A stretch of DNA of 64,000 nucleotides, taken from Chrysomallon squamiferum (Eukaryota; Animalia; Mollusca). The stretch spans positions 11,594,001 through 11,658,000 of the forward strand of contig CM022673.1 of assembly GCA_012295275.1 (NCBI GenBank), read 5' to 3'. Every line of letters starts with the position of its first letter. Positions within the stretch are counted from its first letter, which is position 1. The position numbers were made by a program, and so were the translations under genes. Under the pieces are notes generated by a model. The model was not told where the DNA came from. It was given only the letters and a program-made list of their open reading frames with translations, and made no database searches. This document shows positions 1 to 14,541 of this stretch, one piece after another.

Positions 1-348
1 ATGCTGGATTTCTTCGTATTGCCGAAGGTACACGTTAAAGCTGGATTAGTCTATAAAGCCCTGGTACACTTAATATTTTCTGCCTGTGATATAAATATTT
101 TGAAAATGGCCGTGTATACATTCGAAACGAATACGACCGGATTTAGCTATAAGCTAAAAACCTATTGCTTAGGGCAAGATTTCTCAAACTGTATTCCGCA
201 CGAGTTGTTGTTGATTCCTTGCCCAATTTCACAGAAGAAAAAAAAAATTAAAAAACCACACACAGACACAAAAAACACTTTGATAAAAAATTTAATGTTT
301 TCTTTTCATTTTCAGTGAGTATAGCTACACGTTTCTGCCGATATCGAG

Positions 349-409
349 ATGGATGCTGAGAAACCGTTTTCATTTCAGGAGCAGAGTAAGATACAAGTTT
401 TTAAAAAGT
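349..409 (+). CDS. Candidate alternative first coding exon of the PARP gene (exon 316..409; MDAEKPFSFQEQSKIQVFKK)
   Basis: Acceptor tcttttcattttcag ends at 315, ATG at 349, donor T|GTAAGT at 410 in phase 1, which matches the acceptor at 17058. A possible upstream donor AAG|GTACAC lies at 28 and the surroundings contain CpGs. Confidence 0.4.
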
Positions 410-559
410 GTAAGTTCTTTTCCTTTTTTTTCTGGACAGCTCTGTAAACTTTTCACATTCAGAGTTTCTTGATTCGTGATAATTACCCATCCCATATTTC
501 ATTTCCACATCATTATCTTTCTTAAAATAAACGTAAAATAAAGACGTAAACACACAAAC

Positions 560-561
<2 letters not shown>

Positions 562-625
<64 letters not shown>
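562..625. repeat. (GA)n microsatellite
   Basis: Perfect dinucleotide run. Confidence 0.95.
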
Positions 626-628
<3 letters not shown>

Positions 629-1967
629 AAAATCGAATGAATTTTCTAATGTTTTAGGATTTTAGATTCCGCAGTTTTTTCGCCCATTCTTATTGGATTT
701 AATGAATACAAAAAGGCTTGTTGCCGATTGAGTTTGAAAGGTTCTCTATGAATTCATTTCTGTTACTATGACAGCATTTTTTGCATATTAACCATTGTCA
801 AATAGGCCACTAAAGTTTTGGACTTAACCACATAAAAATTCGGTCTTGATAGTTACATACACACACGGACGCACGCACACATACATTATAGTAGCTTTAA
901 TTACTGAATCGTGAATATAATAAAAATCGTATTTATCAAGGTGTCATGACTTGGTGATTAATAGGTGTTATGGATTAACAGTTCATGCTGCATATATTCA
1001 TGGTCAGGGTGTATGCACTTAATTATGTTACTATAGTGTGCACCACACAACATGAACACTGCTAACTATGATTTGTTAAAAGTATTTAGTCATGAATGGA
1101 ACCGTCTGAAGTGGATCCAACATTTTAGAGAATGGTAATATAATTTTCAAAGTGAAATGAATTTTACAGAAATAAATAAATAAGTAAATAAATAAATAAA
1201 TAAATAAATATAAAATATATTATATATTTGTATTTATAATCGGTCGTGGAATTTTTATTTTGTTTTGTATTTATTTTTTTTATTTCTTTCTTTCTCCCTT
1301 TTATTATTTTATTTTATTTTAATTTACTTTATTTATTTATTTATTTATTTATTTATTTTTTATTTATTTTATTTTATTTTATTTTATTTTATTTTACTTC
1401 ATTTTATTTTATTTTATTTTACTTTATTCTATTTTATTTTATTTTATTTTAATTTATATTATCATTATGTTGTTGGCGTTTTGGGGGCCTAGTCTTGTTA
1501 AAGTAAAGAACGCTTACTGAGACTGTGTTAAGAAAAAAATGAAATAGAATCTTGATTTAAACACCAGGAAACTGAAATATATTTCTAGCCTTCAGAATGG
1601 CGCAGACGTCCTAATGTTAGACTTCTATTATATTAATCTACTCTAGTGATGCATGTTTATTCTGTAAACTATTATGAGATAGATTATATATATAAGGTTA
1701 TGTTCAGTGTAACAAACTGCCGTTTAAAAATTTAAAAAAATTAAACGAAAGAAAGAAAAAAGATATATGTACGTTTATATAACCTATTCTATTTTATGTC
1801 AGTATTGTTGAATATCAACATGAGTAAAATCTAATTGTGGTGGGTGATATTTATTTTAGAAACAGTTCAACTTATTCTCTTTTTCAGGATACGCGATAAA
1901 ACTAGATTAGCCCTTAGACTATAAAGATTTTTCTTTTCTTTTAGTGTTATTATTATTATTATTTCAT

Positions 1968-1999
<32 letters not shown>

Positions 2000-2242
2000 T
2001 CCTAAATCTGTGAAAACGTTTAAAATAGGGTACTAAACGAACACGAAAATTCAGGAGAAAAAATCCGAAAAAAAAGTAGAAAAAAAAGTGAACTTCCACA
2101 AGAATAATACCTTCAATATCCAATTTTTATTCCAATAATTACCCCCCCAAAAAAAAAAATAGCTAAGACTATTATTACAGTGTTAAAGGTTATATTCTGT
2201 ATTATAAAAATTTATTCTGAAAAGTCTCTTCTAGTTTATACT

Positions 2243-2321
2243 TACAGTTTATAATATTGCACACATACAATTTATACGTAATTTTTCTTTATGACTGCGT
2301 AATTTTAATATATATATATAT

Positions 2322-2362
<41 letters not shown>

Positions 2363-2416
2363 AAAATACGTATAAATTGTGTGTGTGTGTGTATGTGTGC
2401 AATATTATAAATTGTA
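2243..2416. repeat. Inverted repeat (fold-back) with a (TA)n centre
   Basis: Left arm 2243..2288 (TACAGTTTATAATATTGCACACATACAATTTATACGTAATTTTTCT) is the reverse complement of 2359..2416, apart from a 10-nt (GT) expansion and 2 mismatches. Confidence 0.8.
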
Positions 2417-2499
2417 TGAAATAAATAATGTTATTTTTCTCCAGAAATTATTTTTCTGCTTAATTTTAATAAAGTTTCCTGTTCATGTTACGATGAATC

Positions 2500-3001
2500 A
2501 TCAGAATAAAAACGCCCGGAATCCTGAATAATGGCGCCTACTTCCCAGAAATCGTGTCCAAACGAATCCGCATTTTTGACTATACAAATAAATACTAAAT
2601 AGCTGATTATAATTTGAAAATATATTGCATTCGCGTCTTTTGCTTTCTTTTTCTCCCTTCATATTCGTATAATCTTATCTTTTTCTTTTAAAATTTATTT
2701 TCAATTTCTTTTTTGTTTCCTAGGATGTTTTATTTCTAGAAATAAACTAAAGCCAGTACAGGCGCAATTTCTCAGAATTTCTTTCTTTCTTTTTTTGTCT
2801 TCCGTTAAACTTCGTAGTTTTTCGTTAATATACTGATCATTCGAAAAATGGACGAGTATTTCCGAATAAACTTACGAACGTGTCCGACATTTGAAGCAAC
2901 AATGAAACGTCCGGCAACGTCACTTCCTAGTCTCCTATCTCGCACTGTGTGAAAGAGAAACTATGACAGATATGTGATACAAGTACGTTATAGGATCAAT
3001 C
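2500..3001 (+). promoter_or_regulatory. CpG-enriched promoter / 5' UTR region of the PARP gene with an ETS-CRE composite motif
   Basis: Local CpG enrichment against a CpG-poor background. ACGTCACTTCCT (reverse complement AGGAAGTGACGT) at 2917..2928 and YY1-like AATGGCG near 2530, directly upstream of ATG 3002. Confidence 0.45.
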
Positions 3002-6000
3002 ATGGCTGAACCAAGCGGCAGTCCGATCATTATTCTTTCAGAAGGTTTGTTATCTTTACACTAACATATGTTTAAAACACCCTTTATTAGTTAGAGTTAA
3101 GACCAAGTAGATACTATTAGAACAATAAGAGTTTGGTTAACTTGATCATTGAACGAACATTCCAATTTTGAAAACACTGAAACTCAGAGTTAATTTGCAA
3201 CAATTTAAGTAAAATAGTAGGCGGTTAAACCTTCCTTTATGCTCGAAAATGATAGTACACGCAGTTACTGCGTCTAACTAATGAAACAAAATATTTCATT
3301 TGCGAAGATAATTTGAATAATGAACATATTTAGATAACAGTAAACAGGAATCTAAATCACTTATACTATAAATAAATTCAAATTCAGACTGGTTTAGTAA
3401 ACACGAACCCTTGTGACTCGTCACTTGTGATAATGATATTACAGAAAAATATTTAAAACATTTTTTTTTTGAAAATAAACCCACATTTACAACAACCCTT
3501 GGATGTATGAACAATGGAAATTCATAAATCACAAATTGACAAATTATTAATGAGTTTGGAAACAGGTAGGATTTAAAATATTGTTATATAACCTGTTCAT
3601 TTCATATTCGTGTTGACAGATGTATAAATTCTTCTTTAAACTATTGTTATTTTATTATTATTATTATTATTTTTGTTTCACACAATATTATTTACATCAG
3701 GAAATTATTTTTGAACTAGTTATCAGTATATGTTTCTTATTGACTGGGTGTTAAACATTTTTTAGAATGTTATACCCAAGAAATTACTGACTGTCTGGTT
3801 ATAAATACAGTTCACATGTTTTCCTTTTCCTGATATAATCGGAACTTATTTCAAAGATAATAAAATATTATTTAGACATACATGTTAGAATTAATGAATA
3901 TTTACAAGTAAATGCATGAAATATCTATATTGTATTTATATTCACAGTTTCAGAATGAAATTACAAAACAAAGTGTATTTTGAAATGTGTTGGCTAAAAT
4001 TAGAATTAGCATGTTATTCACAGATAGCTAAGTGAAAGGGTGAAAACACTGATAAATAATTTATATGGGAATATTATGTTTTAATGTTTGATTCAGACAC
4101 AACAGTTTTTGAACAAGGAAGTTATTTGTTTTAAAAGATTGTTAAAATGTCACCAAGTACTTGTTGCTATGGTGTTGGCAAACAAAAGCAAATTATATAA
4201 AAAGGTATATGTGTGTTGCGTGTAAAATTTACTTACCTAAATAAACTTTTGTTTTCATTATAGGTTTAATAATGTCATTTAATTTCAAAACCTTTATTAT
4301 GCTGACTACTTTTGAACTTTGTTTGAAATGTCACTGAAGGCTTTTGATAATACATGTGTTATACATTCTGGTTAGAGTCCATGGTAGGTTTGTATACTAT
4401 TTGGTGTTAACATTAAATAACAAATAATTGTAAGATATCTTAAATTCAATTTAAATAAAGAAGAATTATAGTAAATTCCAATGAAACATTTTAATTATTA
4501 TATACAGACAGCTATAAAACACTATGTTCCTCTGATATAAACCTACTTGGACACACAAATATGCACCTTTCATATGAAGTTACTCATAATGGATGTTACT
4601 GTACAAACATCATCATCAATCTTTCTTTTTTCTTCTTTCTCTCTTTCATAACGTGGATAAAGCAATCAGGTAGGCAGAGTAAAATGGTTTGCTTTTCTGC
4701 AGTGTTCAAGTACAAGAAATATTACTAGGTGTAGGTTTACTATGGGTAATTGAAACCACAGTGTAATATATACAGAACATAAAGTAAGTATGGACAGTTC
4801 ATTTGAAAAGACCTTTCATTAAACAACAATACTGAATAACAAGAATATGTTAAGTGTGTATGTGTAAAATATGTTTTAACGTAACATACACACAAAATAC
4901 ACAACACATGTATATACATTCTTACATATGCATGTATGTATACATGTTTAGGCAGACAGTACACATATACATCTTGGTTACACACACACACACTGACACA
5001 TATATTTATATAAAAACACAAACAGAAATGCTGTTTTGAAAACACATAAACAGAACACCAATACACATATATTATGAATAAACACATGTGTACATATACA
5101 GAATAGTTATAAAACCTTGAAAACGAAATAAACAGGATAACAACAACACAAAGCCTTCATAACAGTTTGACTACATAAACTGGTATGTGAGGTTGAGCTG
5201 AAGACTACAGTAAAGTTAGCCACTATTGATGTTATCACACAATGATAAAGACTGTATAAATTATAGCCAGTTATCTGCAAAAGCCACATTTGTTTTTATT
5301 AGTGATTTCTGCTGGGAAAACACTGTTCTGTTATTTTGTACACCCAACATACTCAGTTTAGTCCTTCTGGACTTGGCCAGTTTATTAGGAGTGGGCTGTA
5401 GCTCAGTTGTAGCATAATGCTTGTCTGAGGAATAATTTGTCTCAGGATCCATTCTTCTCAGTGGATCAATTACTGTCCAATTAATTATAGTATGTTTGAT
5501 GAATCACAAGTTACGACAGGAGTTTCCTGTGTGTGGAATTTGCCCAAAAAGTATCCCTTGCTGTTATTCAGTAAAAGATCATATAGAATGATAGCAGTGG
5601 GTTTCATTTTTCCAGTTGTAGCTTAGCTATTGGAATTTTGATTTTGATGTGTGATAGGCTCTCAGATCAATACTCATCAGTGCATCCACAGCTGGCATAT
5701 AAAAACAACTGTTAATATAAAAATACATCACACATTTTTGTGACTTTAATTGTTTTTAATTATTAATTATTTATTTTTTATTATTAATAATTGAAGTAAC
5801 TATCATTCTTCTTTAGGATACAATAATAAATATTACAATAAATAAATAAATAAAAATAACCTTGTTAAATTTTTATGACTAATTCTGAATAAAACTAAAC
5901 AGATAAAGAAATGCATGACTTTGAAATGTCAACACTGTAAATTAATAAATGATAGCAATAAATAAATATAAGTAGTAAATAAAAACATTAATAAATATAG

Positions 6001-6162
6001 GTAATAAATAATCTTGTTTACTTGATTATTATTATTATTCTGAGTTTGTTCTATTTAAGACACAAACTATAGATAAACTGTCTTACTTTATGGCAATCAG
6101 CTGGCATCCAGGGGATGACACACCTAAAACATGTGTTGTCTATTTTTATTCCAGCAAAATGA

Positions 6163-6194
<32 letters not shown>

Positions 6195-7507
6195 CTGATT
6201 TTATCTCAAGTGTTCCAGTTTGAATAAAAAAAATAATACAAAAAAAAAAAAAAAAAATAATAATAATAATAATAATAAAAAAAATAATTTAAAAAAATGA
6301 TGCTATCGTCATTCTGAAATGTTGTTTAGAAAATAGGTTGGTATTGGGATGTTTACACAAAATCACATTTTTCAAACTGTTACAGAAGACCTTTCATGAA
6401 ATGTAGTCATTTGGATGTGTTGTTATTTTTTCCCAAGAACAGTGTTTTTCAGGTAATATTTCTACAGTAATGATTATGAATTAGTATTCTGTTGTAGCAG
6501 ATATGTATATCGTTATTATTAATATTTGTTGAAAGATGGTGTTTAGAAGAAAATTTGCTATCTGTTATTGAAAAAAACAACAACACAAAAACAAACCCTG
6601 CTGGGTTTCACTTTTAAATGAATATTAAGCGACATTTTAAGTGTATCATCCTACAGAACAGGAGCTGGGAATCTTGATTCCTTGATCCATCATTCCTTAA
6701 GCAATATAACAAACAGAGAAGTGCATCCTATTTCCTATTATGTATTACATTCTTCATATTGTTCAATCAGTTACAGTTTCCTGTATTTATTTATAAACAT
6801 GCACATGATCATGAATGTGATGCTATAAATATTTTTGTTCTGTGTTTGAACTGAATTCTATAATAATTGTGTTGCATTTAAAAAAAATAGTTTCTTGGGC
6901 CTTTGTAAATTACTACCCTTAAATATTAAATAAATTTTAACGTAGATTTAGAGTTTTTAGATTTGATATATATACAATTAATCTTTGTCTGTGTGTTTGT
7001 GTATCTGTGTATGAATGTATTTATGTATGCATGTGTGTATAAGGTCTGGTATATATATAAAATACTAATAAAATAATATATAAAACTGTTGCTCAACTAA
7101 ACAGGAACAAAAACTGTAAAACTAGTAATTAATATAGCTTTTTTTTTATTATTCCATGCACATAGAGACTATAGCGTGTAGTATTGATTAATAGTTAATG
7201 ACTGAGATGAAAAACCTGGAATATTATACAGCAATATTACACCACATCAGATACATATTTGTTTACCCAGTATTTCTGCTAGATGTTTTTCCAGTTTACA
7301 TACAGCAGCTGGGTCTAGCAGATAAACACATTGATGAAATGATTCACACGCTGTTGTTAACTTAGTTACTGGTTCATTGTCTTTTTAAATTTTTTATTTA
7401 TTTATTTTTTAGAAAGTTTAACTGTTAATAATTGTAAATATAAATAGGGTCTTTCATACTACTGGCTATGAATAATGTATTGTTTGTTGTTTATTTTGTG
7501 GGTTTTA

Positions 7508-7542
<35 letters not shown>

Positions 7543-8277
7543 TTATATCGAGAAAGTGGAAATAATAACTGTTTTAATGAGATGTTGATACATTTTAATA
7601 TTAATAGTTTTAAGTGTCAGCCATTATTGTATGTATATAGTATATGAATATGTCTGAATGTATGTATATGTATAGGGGTGTGTGGGGGGAGGCTATGTGA
7701 GTGAGTGTTTGAAGAGTTCAAATACACATACAAACACACACACACACACACACACACAAACACTAACATAGTGAGAAATCTTTTTAATGAAATTTCCATC
7801 GAAAGGAAAGCACATAAATGAAAATCATGTGCTTTGATAGAAAGTTCATGTACACTGGCTTAATGGAAAGTAGTCTGTTGAACACTTACATATATAAACA
7901 CCAAACTTGCCTAATTACTCTTCATTCTTTCTGTGATGTCATGATCAGTATAAAAAAATTATTCATGCTGCTGTTACAAAGCTTAAAACTGACAAACAAT
8001 GTTTTGTAAATAGTATTTTTATATACTTAGATCAGTTGAGGTTGTTATGCACATAACTGTGTACGTAAAGCTTAAATGGAGTACAATGTTATTGTTAATT
8101 TAGCTATGGAAATTTCTTTTTCATGTATACCTATTACACAAACTGGTTTAATAATGTTTTCCTGGATAACAATAGTGCTGATGTTGTTATGTGTATACCT
8201 GTATATAATGAGGCTTAAAATAGAAAATACATTAAGTTATTAATGGTTCTGGTCTAAAGATTTTTTTTTTCTTAATA

Positions 8278-8314
<37 letters not shown>

Positions 8315-9278
8315 CATCATCAATATTTTTGTTTTTTTTATTTTATTTTTTTTAAAATTAATATACATGAAATTTCTTGATTTTAAAATCATGGTTTTGA
8401 ATGTTCTGGAACAATTGCATTCATAAATCTTTGCTGTCGTTGAAGAGGTGCAGATTTATAGTGATTGTTACAGCCATCTGATCAATTTGGACATATAAAA
8501 TAAATAATTAAAAGTAGATGAATAAGAAAACTGTATTTAAACATATCAGTCAGAAGTTACAAGTGACACAGCTTCTTGAATCAGGCATCTCTGTATATTG
8601 TTCTTATGTTTTTATTTTACTGTATTATAATACAGCTCATGTATTATTTGGTTCTTTGTGGGGTTTTTTTTGTGGTTTTTTGAATACTTTATAATCATAT
8701 GTTTTTATAAACAGTAAGTTTCAGTCTCTAATCAACCACTTTACTTTGTGTGGTTGTCATGGTGATCAGTAGTTAATTTATGCAGAGTGTGGAACTGTTG
8801 ATTGTTCCTTTGTTTTGCACACTTGTATTTCATAGCTGAGCAATCACTGTGTGAAAAAAATACTGTGAATTAATTAAATGTTTCATAATACTAAGTTTAT
8901 TAATTTACAGTGTTGACATTTCAAACTCATGCACTTCACACATAATGATGGAACAAAAAACAACAATCAGAAACCCCCAAATGATCTTGGGGATTACATT
9001 CACTGACTTGTAGCAAGAGCTCTTTCATAAGCACCTACCCACAGATAGCAAAACACATAAAATGGCCTGTTTGAAACTGATATAAGATATGGGTTTGAAT
9101 GGCAAATACATCCACAGGTAATAATAGATTTGAATATTTTATACAAGTCTTGACTTATGTTAACTGCCTTTCTCTTTTTATTGCAAGTGGTTAAAATCAC
9201 CGTGATAATTGAAGGTGTGTGTGTTTGTATTTTATATATATCTATATAACTGAAGAATGTGTGTTTGTATTTTATATA

Positions 9279-9317
<39 letters not shown>

Positions 9318-10057
9318 GCTCCACATACACTTTTGACCCTTAATTTTATGGACTAATTGAGGTAAAGATGTCCAGAAAAAGCAAAAGTCTATCAAATTGC
9401 AAATGTAAACATTGACCCTAAAATGTACTGAAACATTATAATTACACATAACAGCTGTATAATACAGTAAAATAATAATCTAAGAACAGTACACAGAGTT
9501 GCCTGATACAAGCAGTTGTATCACTTCTGACTGATACTAAGATGCACCTTTTGTCTTTTTTTTTTTCCTTGAAGCCATAGAAGCTATTGTTAGTCACAGA
9601 AAATATTTGAGTAATTATAAAATGAGAAAAATAATGATTTGGAGGAAACGCTGTGCTGTGCTCACTCACAAATATTGACCATTCACCAACTGCTGTCTAC
9701 CATGAGAAACAGCAGTAAGTTCAAATTGTTATCCTGAAATCGGAAAAACTGAGGTCCGTGAAATCAAGGGTCAGCAGTGTGTGTGTGTGTGTGTGGGGGT
9801 GTCTTGTTACTGGCTTTTATATTTCTTTTCGAAAATCCTGTCTGGAAATAAAAAGAAATAATGAAGGTTTTTTTTAAACAGTAAGTGTACCTATAATCTT
9901 AAAAATAAATTTCAGAACACTGTTTTATTTTTATTTTTATATCTCATTATTGCTTAAGGGGAAGCTGAGTGTTGGCTACAGGCTAACACAAATAAATGTT
10001 TGTTCTCCTAATTAAAACAAGTGACATTTCTGAATTGGTATATATGTATGTATATGT

Positions 10058-10105
<48 letters not shown>

Positions 10106-10186
10106 ATACTTATTATAAATTGTAGACCTATAGATATATCAGAAAAGGTATTTTATAATTTAACATAAAAGTCAGATTAAATAATT

Positions 10187-10235
<49 letters not shown>

Positions 10236-11578
10236 CACCAAAGATTTTCTTTTGTTTATGCATGGGTGCTATATAAAACATTCACTCATTCATTTCTCTA
10301 CCCATTTATCCACAAATCCATTATTCTATTTTTGTGTTTATTTATTTATGCCACCCATCCAGCCATTAATCCATAAATTCAGGCATGTATCCACTCATTT
10401 ATTTACTCATTCTTACATTCATTCATTATTCATCCATCCATTCTTCCAGTCATTTACTGAAAGGGCCGTCGCTTACAACACATAATAATAATCTATCCAC
10501 ACCAGGAAATATTTCTGGTTGTCAAAACCTTCATGACAATAACAACTTCAGCGTAGTGTCAGCTTGCACTGCTTGGGCTTTAAGTTTTTCCCCAGGAAAA
10601 TTAGTGGACCAAGTCTGTTTTTCCCTTTGTGAGGCTTGGCTGTTCTCAGCAAGTTTTGTCTTTCAAGGAATTCTTGTTTAGCCAGGAACACAAGCTGGAG
10701 GACTGGCAGGCTAGGTGGGCTGTCTCATGCTATCTACAATGTGTGTGTGTGTGGGGGTGTGTGTGCATGAGACCAGGATGAAGGCTTTGAAGCTATGAAC
10801 AGGATGTTCACATTAAATTTTGTAGCACACTGTACAGAGTTCATGTAGACCTTTTTTTTTTTTTTTTTTTTTTTGTTGTTGTAATTTGGCCATTTAACCC
10901 TGGTAGTCATGTGATTGTGAATTTATATCCATATGTGTATATTTGTACAGTTGTGTGGGCAGCTATGGTATTGTGTAATGATTATGTTGGTGGCCTTGCA
11001 CTGCTGGTTTAGTATGCAGTGTTGGGTAACATAGAGTACTGGTTAATATAAATTGGTTTGTGAGTTGTATAATAAACAGTTGTAGAATATACAGAACTGA
11101 TTAATGTAAAGTTCTGTGTAATACACAGTGTTGTATAATACACATTACTGACAAATATAAAATGTAAAATGCAGTGTTGTGTTTTTCACATACCAGTGCT
11201 TATTACAAAGAGGTCTGTTACATTCAGTATGGTATGATGTTGTGAGCGTGTTACGTAACACACAGTGTGTGTGTGTGTGTGGTTGTCATACAGCTGACAT
11301 TCAGACAGTTTATTGAGCCATCCAGGGATTGATTTACTTTGTGGCATACTGCACAGTGTGTGGATACCCTTTGTGTGTGTGACCACTGTTTGTGTTACAA
11401 CAAGATGTCTCGTTTGGACTGTATTGAAGTGTTCAGCAGTTCAGGTAGGATTTTACTGTTTTAGTACATATTTACTGACACAGTCTTGCCTTAATAACCC
11501 CATTTTGTGTGTGTGTCATTATATGAAAACTTGTATTTCAGTTTTATGTTGTGTTTATTGTATTTAAGTATGTATTTC

Positions 11579-11643
<65 letters not shown>

Positions 11644-12178
11644 TCACTGTATGTGAGTGTGTTTGTGTGTAACCATATACATATAAATACATTTAATCAT
11701 GTTTCTCAGGGGATTTAATCATGTTTCTTATTATTGATTGATTATTTTAGTGTAGTCTTTACATCCTGCTATACATATGGTATAATATATTTGGTTTTCT
11801 TCACTATACACACAACAATACCTGTCTGTTTTTTTTTCTTTTTGTATGTGTGTTTATGAACATATCTATGTGGGTGGGGTATACTGTATAAGTGTGTTAG
11901 GAACGAGTACTATTTCTGTACTACAGTTTTGTTTATCTAATCCTGAAACAAACACATTTTGTTGCTGAGTCATTTTAATATGGAAGAAAGATATTACAAA
12001 AACAAATGTATAAAATGTTTTTAAATTCATTAGTTAGTTCACATATGCACAGACACACACACAAGCACAGAAAGCATTAAAAGCTATAATACATTAGTCT
12101 TTGACATTCATCTCCACATTTTTAAGCAGTTTTCTCTTTATTTATTTACTTATTTATTTATTTTTTTATTATTTTTTT

Positions 12179-12214
<36 letters not shown>

Positions 12215-13334
12215 TTTTCTTTATTTTCACAGTTCTTTTAAGGTTCATTTTGTCAAATATTTATTTTGGACGTAAGATTTCATTCATTAAAGACCTTTCT
12301 GAAATACTGTGAATTAGACACATGGAAGTTTGTGTATGATATTCACCCTCTAAAATAAGACTGATATCATCTGATACATTTGTGATAAAAAAAAAGGCTC
12401 TGTGGTTATTTCCAGCTTTTATTGCAAACTGAGAGGAAAGGTAACTGTCAGGTGTACAGATGATGAAACATATTTAGAATTTATTTTAATAAAAATAATT
12501 ATATAACCATAAATTGTGTAAATAATAAAAGTATTTTTTAATATTTTGTATTAAATACAGTAAATGTAATGCTGCTTATCTATGTATGAGTGTATCAGTG
12601 TGTGTGTTTGAATGTATGGATGTATGAACATATGTAGCATTTACACAATTTGTGGTACAATATATAATTTTATTACATTGTTTTCATTTTTAGTCATTTT
12701 CTGATATTAAGCTTTGTATTATTATTATTATTATTATTTCAGAAAACTTTTGGACTTATTTCTTTATTTTCCTGTTTGTTGTAATTATTTTTTCCCAGCA
12801 ATATTTTTAATGTTACAATACAAAATATGAGGGATAGGCTTATTATGAATTTAGGCTTAATTCATTAGATATATAGAAAAACAGTATGATGCTTGTTCCT
12901 GGCAAATTATGGTAATTTGGTTCATGGAAGAAGCTGACAGCATGAAATGAGGAAGTAATTAAAAGACAGAAGGGATGGATGGGGGTAAAGCTAAATTACA
13001 TTTCTTTTCATAATTCAGTTCACATTATTTTGAGGCATATAGTATACCTTATTAGTTTAGAATTTATTTCGAGGCATATAGTATACCTTATTAGTTTAAA
13101 ATTTCTCTTACAATGGTAGGTTTCCTGAATGTGTGTGTGTGTGTGTGTGTTTATTCATAACTTGCAGATCAGATATAGAACAACGAGAATAGTTTTACAT
13201 TCATATACATTAACAGCATATGTGCCAACTGTCACATGTTTAATAAAAATCAACTAATAGTGTGTGTTTGATCTTGCAGTTCACATAAAAATCCCATATA
13301 CATACATATATAAATATATATATATATATATCAG

Positions 13335-13383
<49 letters not shown>

Positions 13384-14480
13384 TCATACATACCCATATA
13401 CAGTTTATATACATGTGTACTTATGTATATGTTTGTTTGAACTAAAAGCCAAACCCTGACCTGGATAATATATTATTTTACCATAAAAAAAAAAATGTTT
13501 GTATCTAAGGCAACATGGATATTGTTTGGAATAACGTCAGTACAGTCTGAAATAACGTCATTACATCTAACTTGCATCACTGTCATGATGTGTCCTAGGT
13601 GATTTGTGCTGGGCAACAAGCCTGTTGTTAGATTGCTAGCCTGTGCATGATGTTAATGAAACTGTCTCTAAGATTACAAGCTCGCTACAAGGGTCTAGAA
13701 CCTCTCTTTTAGGTTCGTTGCCATTAAACAACATCTGTCGTTGCATGGTCCAATCAGTACACTGCTGAGCACAAGGGGCTTCCGTTTGTTACATAATAGC
13801 GAAACCAATCATAATGATTACCTGGACTTGATATAGGTATATGATTCAGAATTATGTCTTCGTTGTTTGGCCTAAACAATAAATGAATATTTGATCCCGA
13901 TTATTATTAGGTGGTTTTTTTATGGATTGTTGTTGTTGTTGTTGTTGTTTTGGGGACTTTTTTGTTATTTTCCCAGTCTTTCTTCTTTTTTTTCTTTTTC
14001 TTCCTTTTTCCTTGATTAAGTAACATAATTAAATACAATTATTTAAACAAAAAATTTAATACATGTTATATATAAAAAAAAAATCATTTATTCATGGTAT
14101 GTATTACAATAATTATATCTATACTGGGAATCACATACTCACTATATTCAAAGCACTACCTCATTCTCAACAAGATTATAACTTCATTATCTAGTGAAGT
14201 TTGCAATCAACACATTTTTACTCTGTCATAAATTGTTACTGGTAGTCAGTTATACAGTGTCATTCATCTGGTTAAAGAAAGTATTTAAAATAGATAACAT
14301 ACACTCATAAAAGCAGACACAATTTTTGTTTATATAAAATATAGATAGAAGATTAAAAATGTGTATTATGTGTATAATACCAGTCTCACTGTTTGCACTT
14401 TTCTTGTCCTTATTTTTTGTCCATTAATGTATGTTTGAAGTTTAGTAATGTTGATAATTTACCTTTCATTTAGATTTCAA

Positions 14481-14541
<61 letters not shown>

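Noticed and set aside
1-318. 105-aa ORF at the window start
   Set aside because: No recognisable domain. It runs through a poly-A tract and a polypyrimidine acceptor, so it is more likely a UTR exon plus intron.
1246-1492. Hydrophobic F/I/L/Y-rich ORFs here and at 53969..54343, 35890..36156 and 27836..28161
   Set aside because: Translations of (TTTTA)n, (TAG)n and (CA)n microsatellites.
5391-5470. Functional tRNA gene
   Set aside because: Only the A-box-like 5' part is tRNA-like. No cloverleaf can be folded and it continues into a SINE core.
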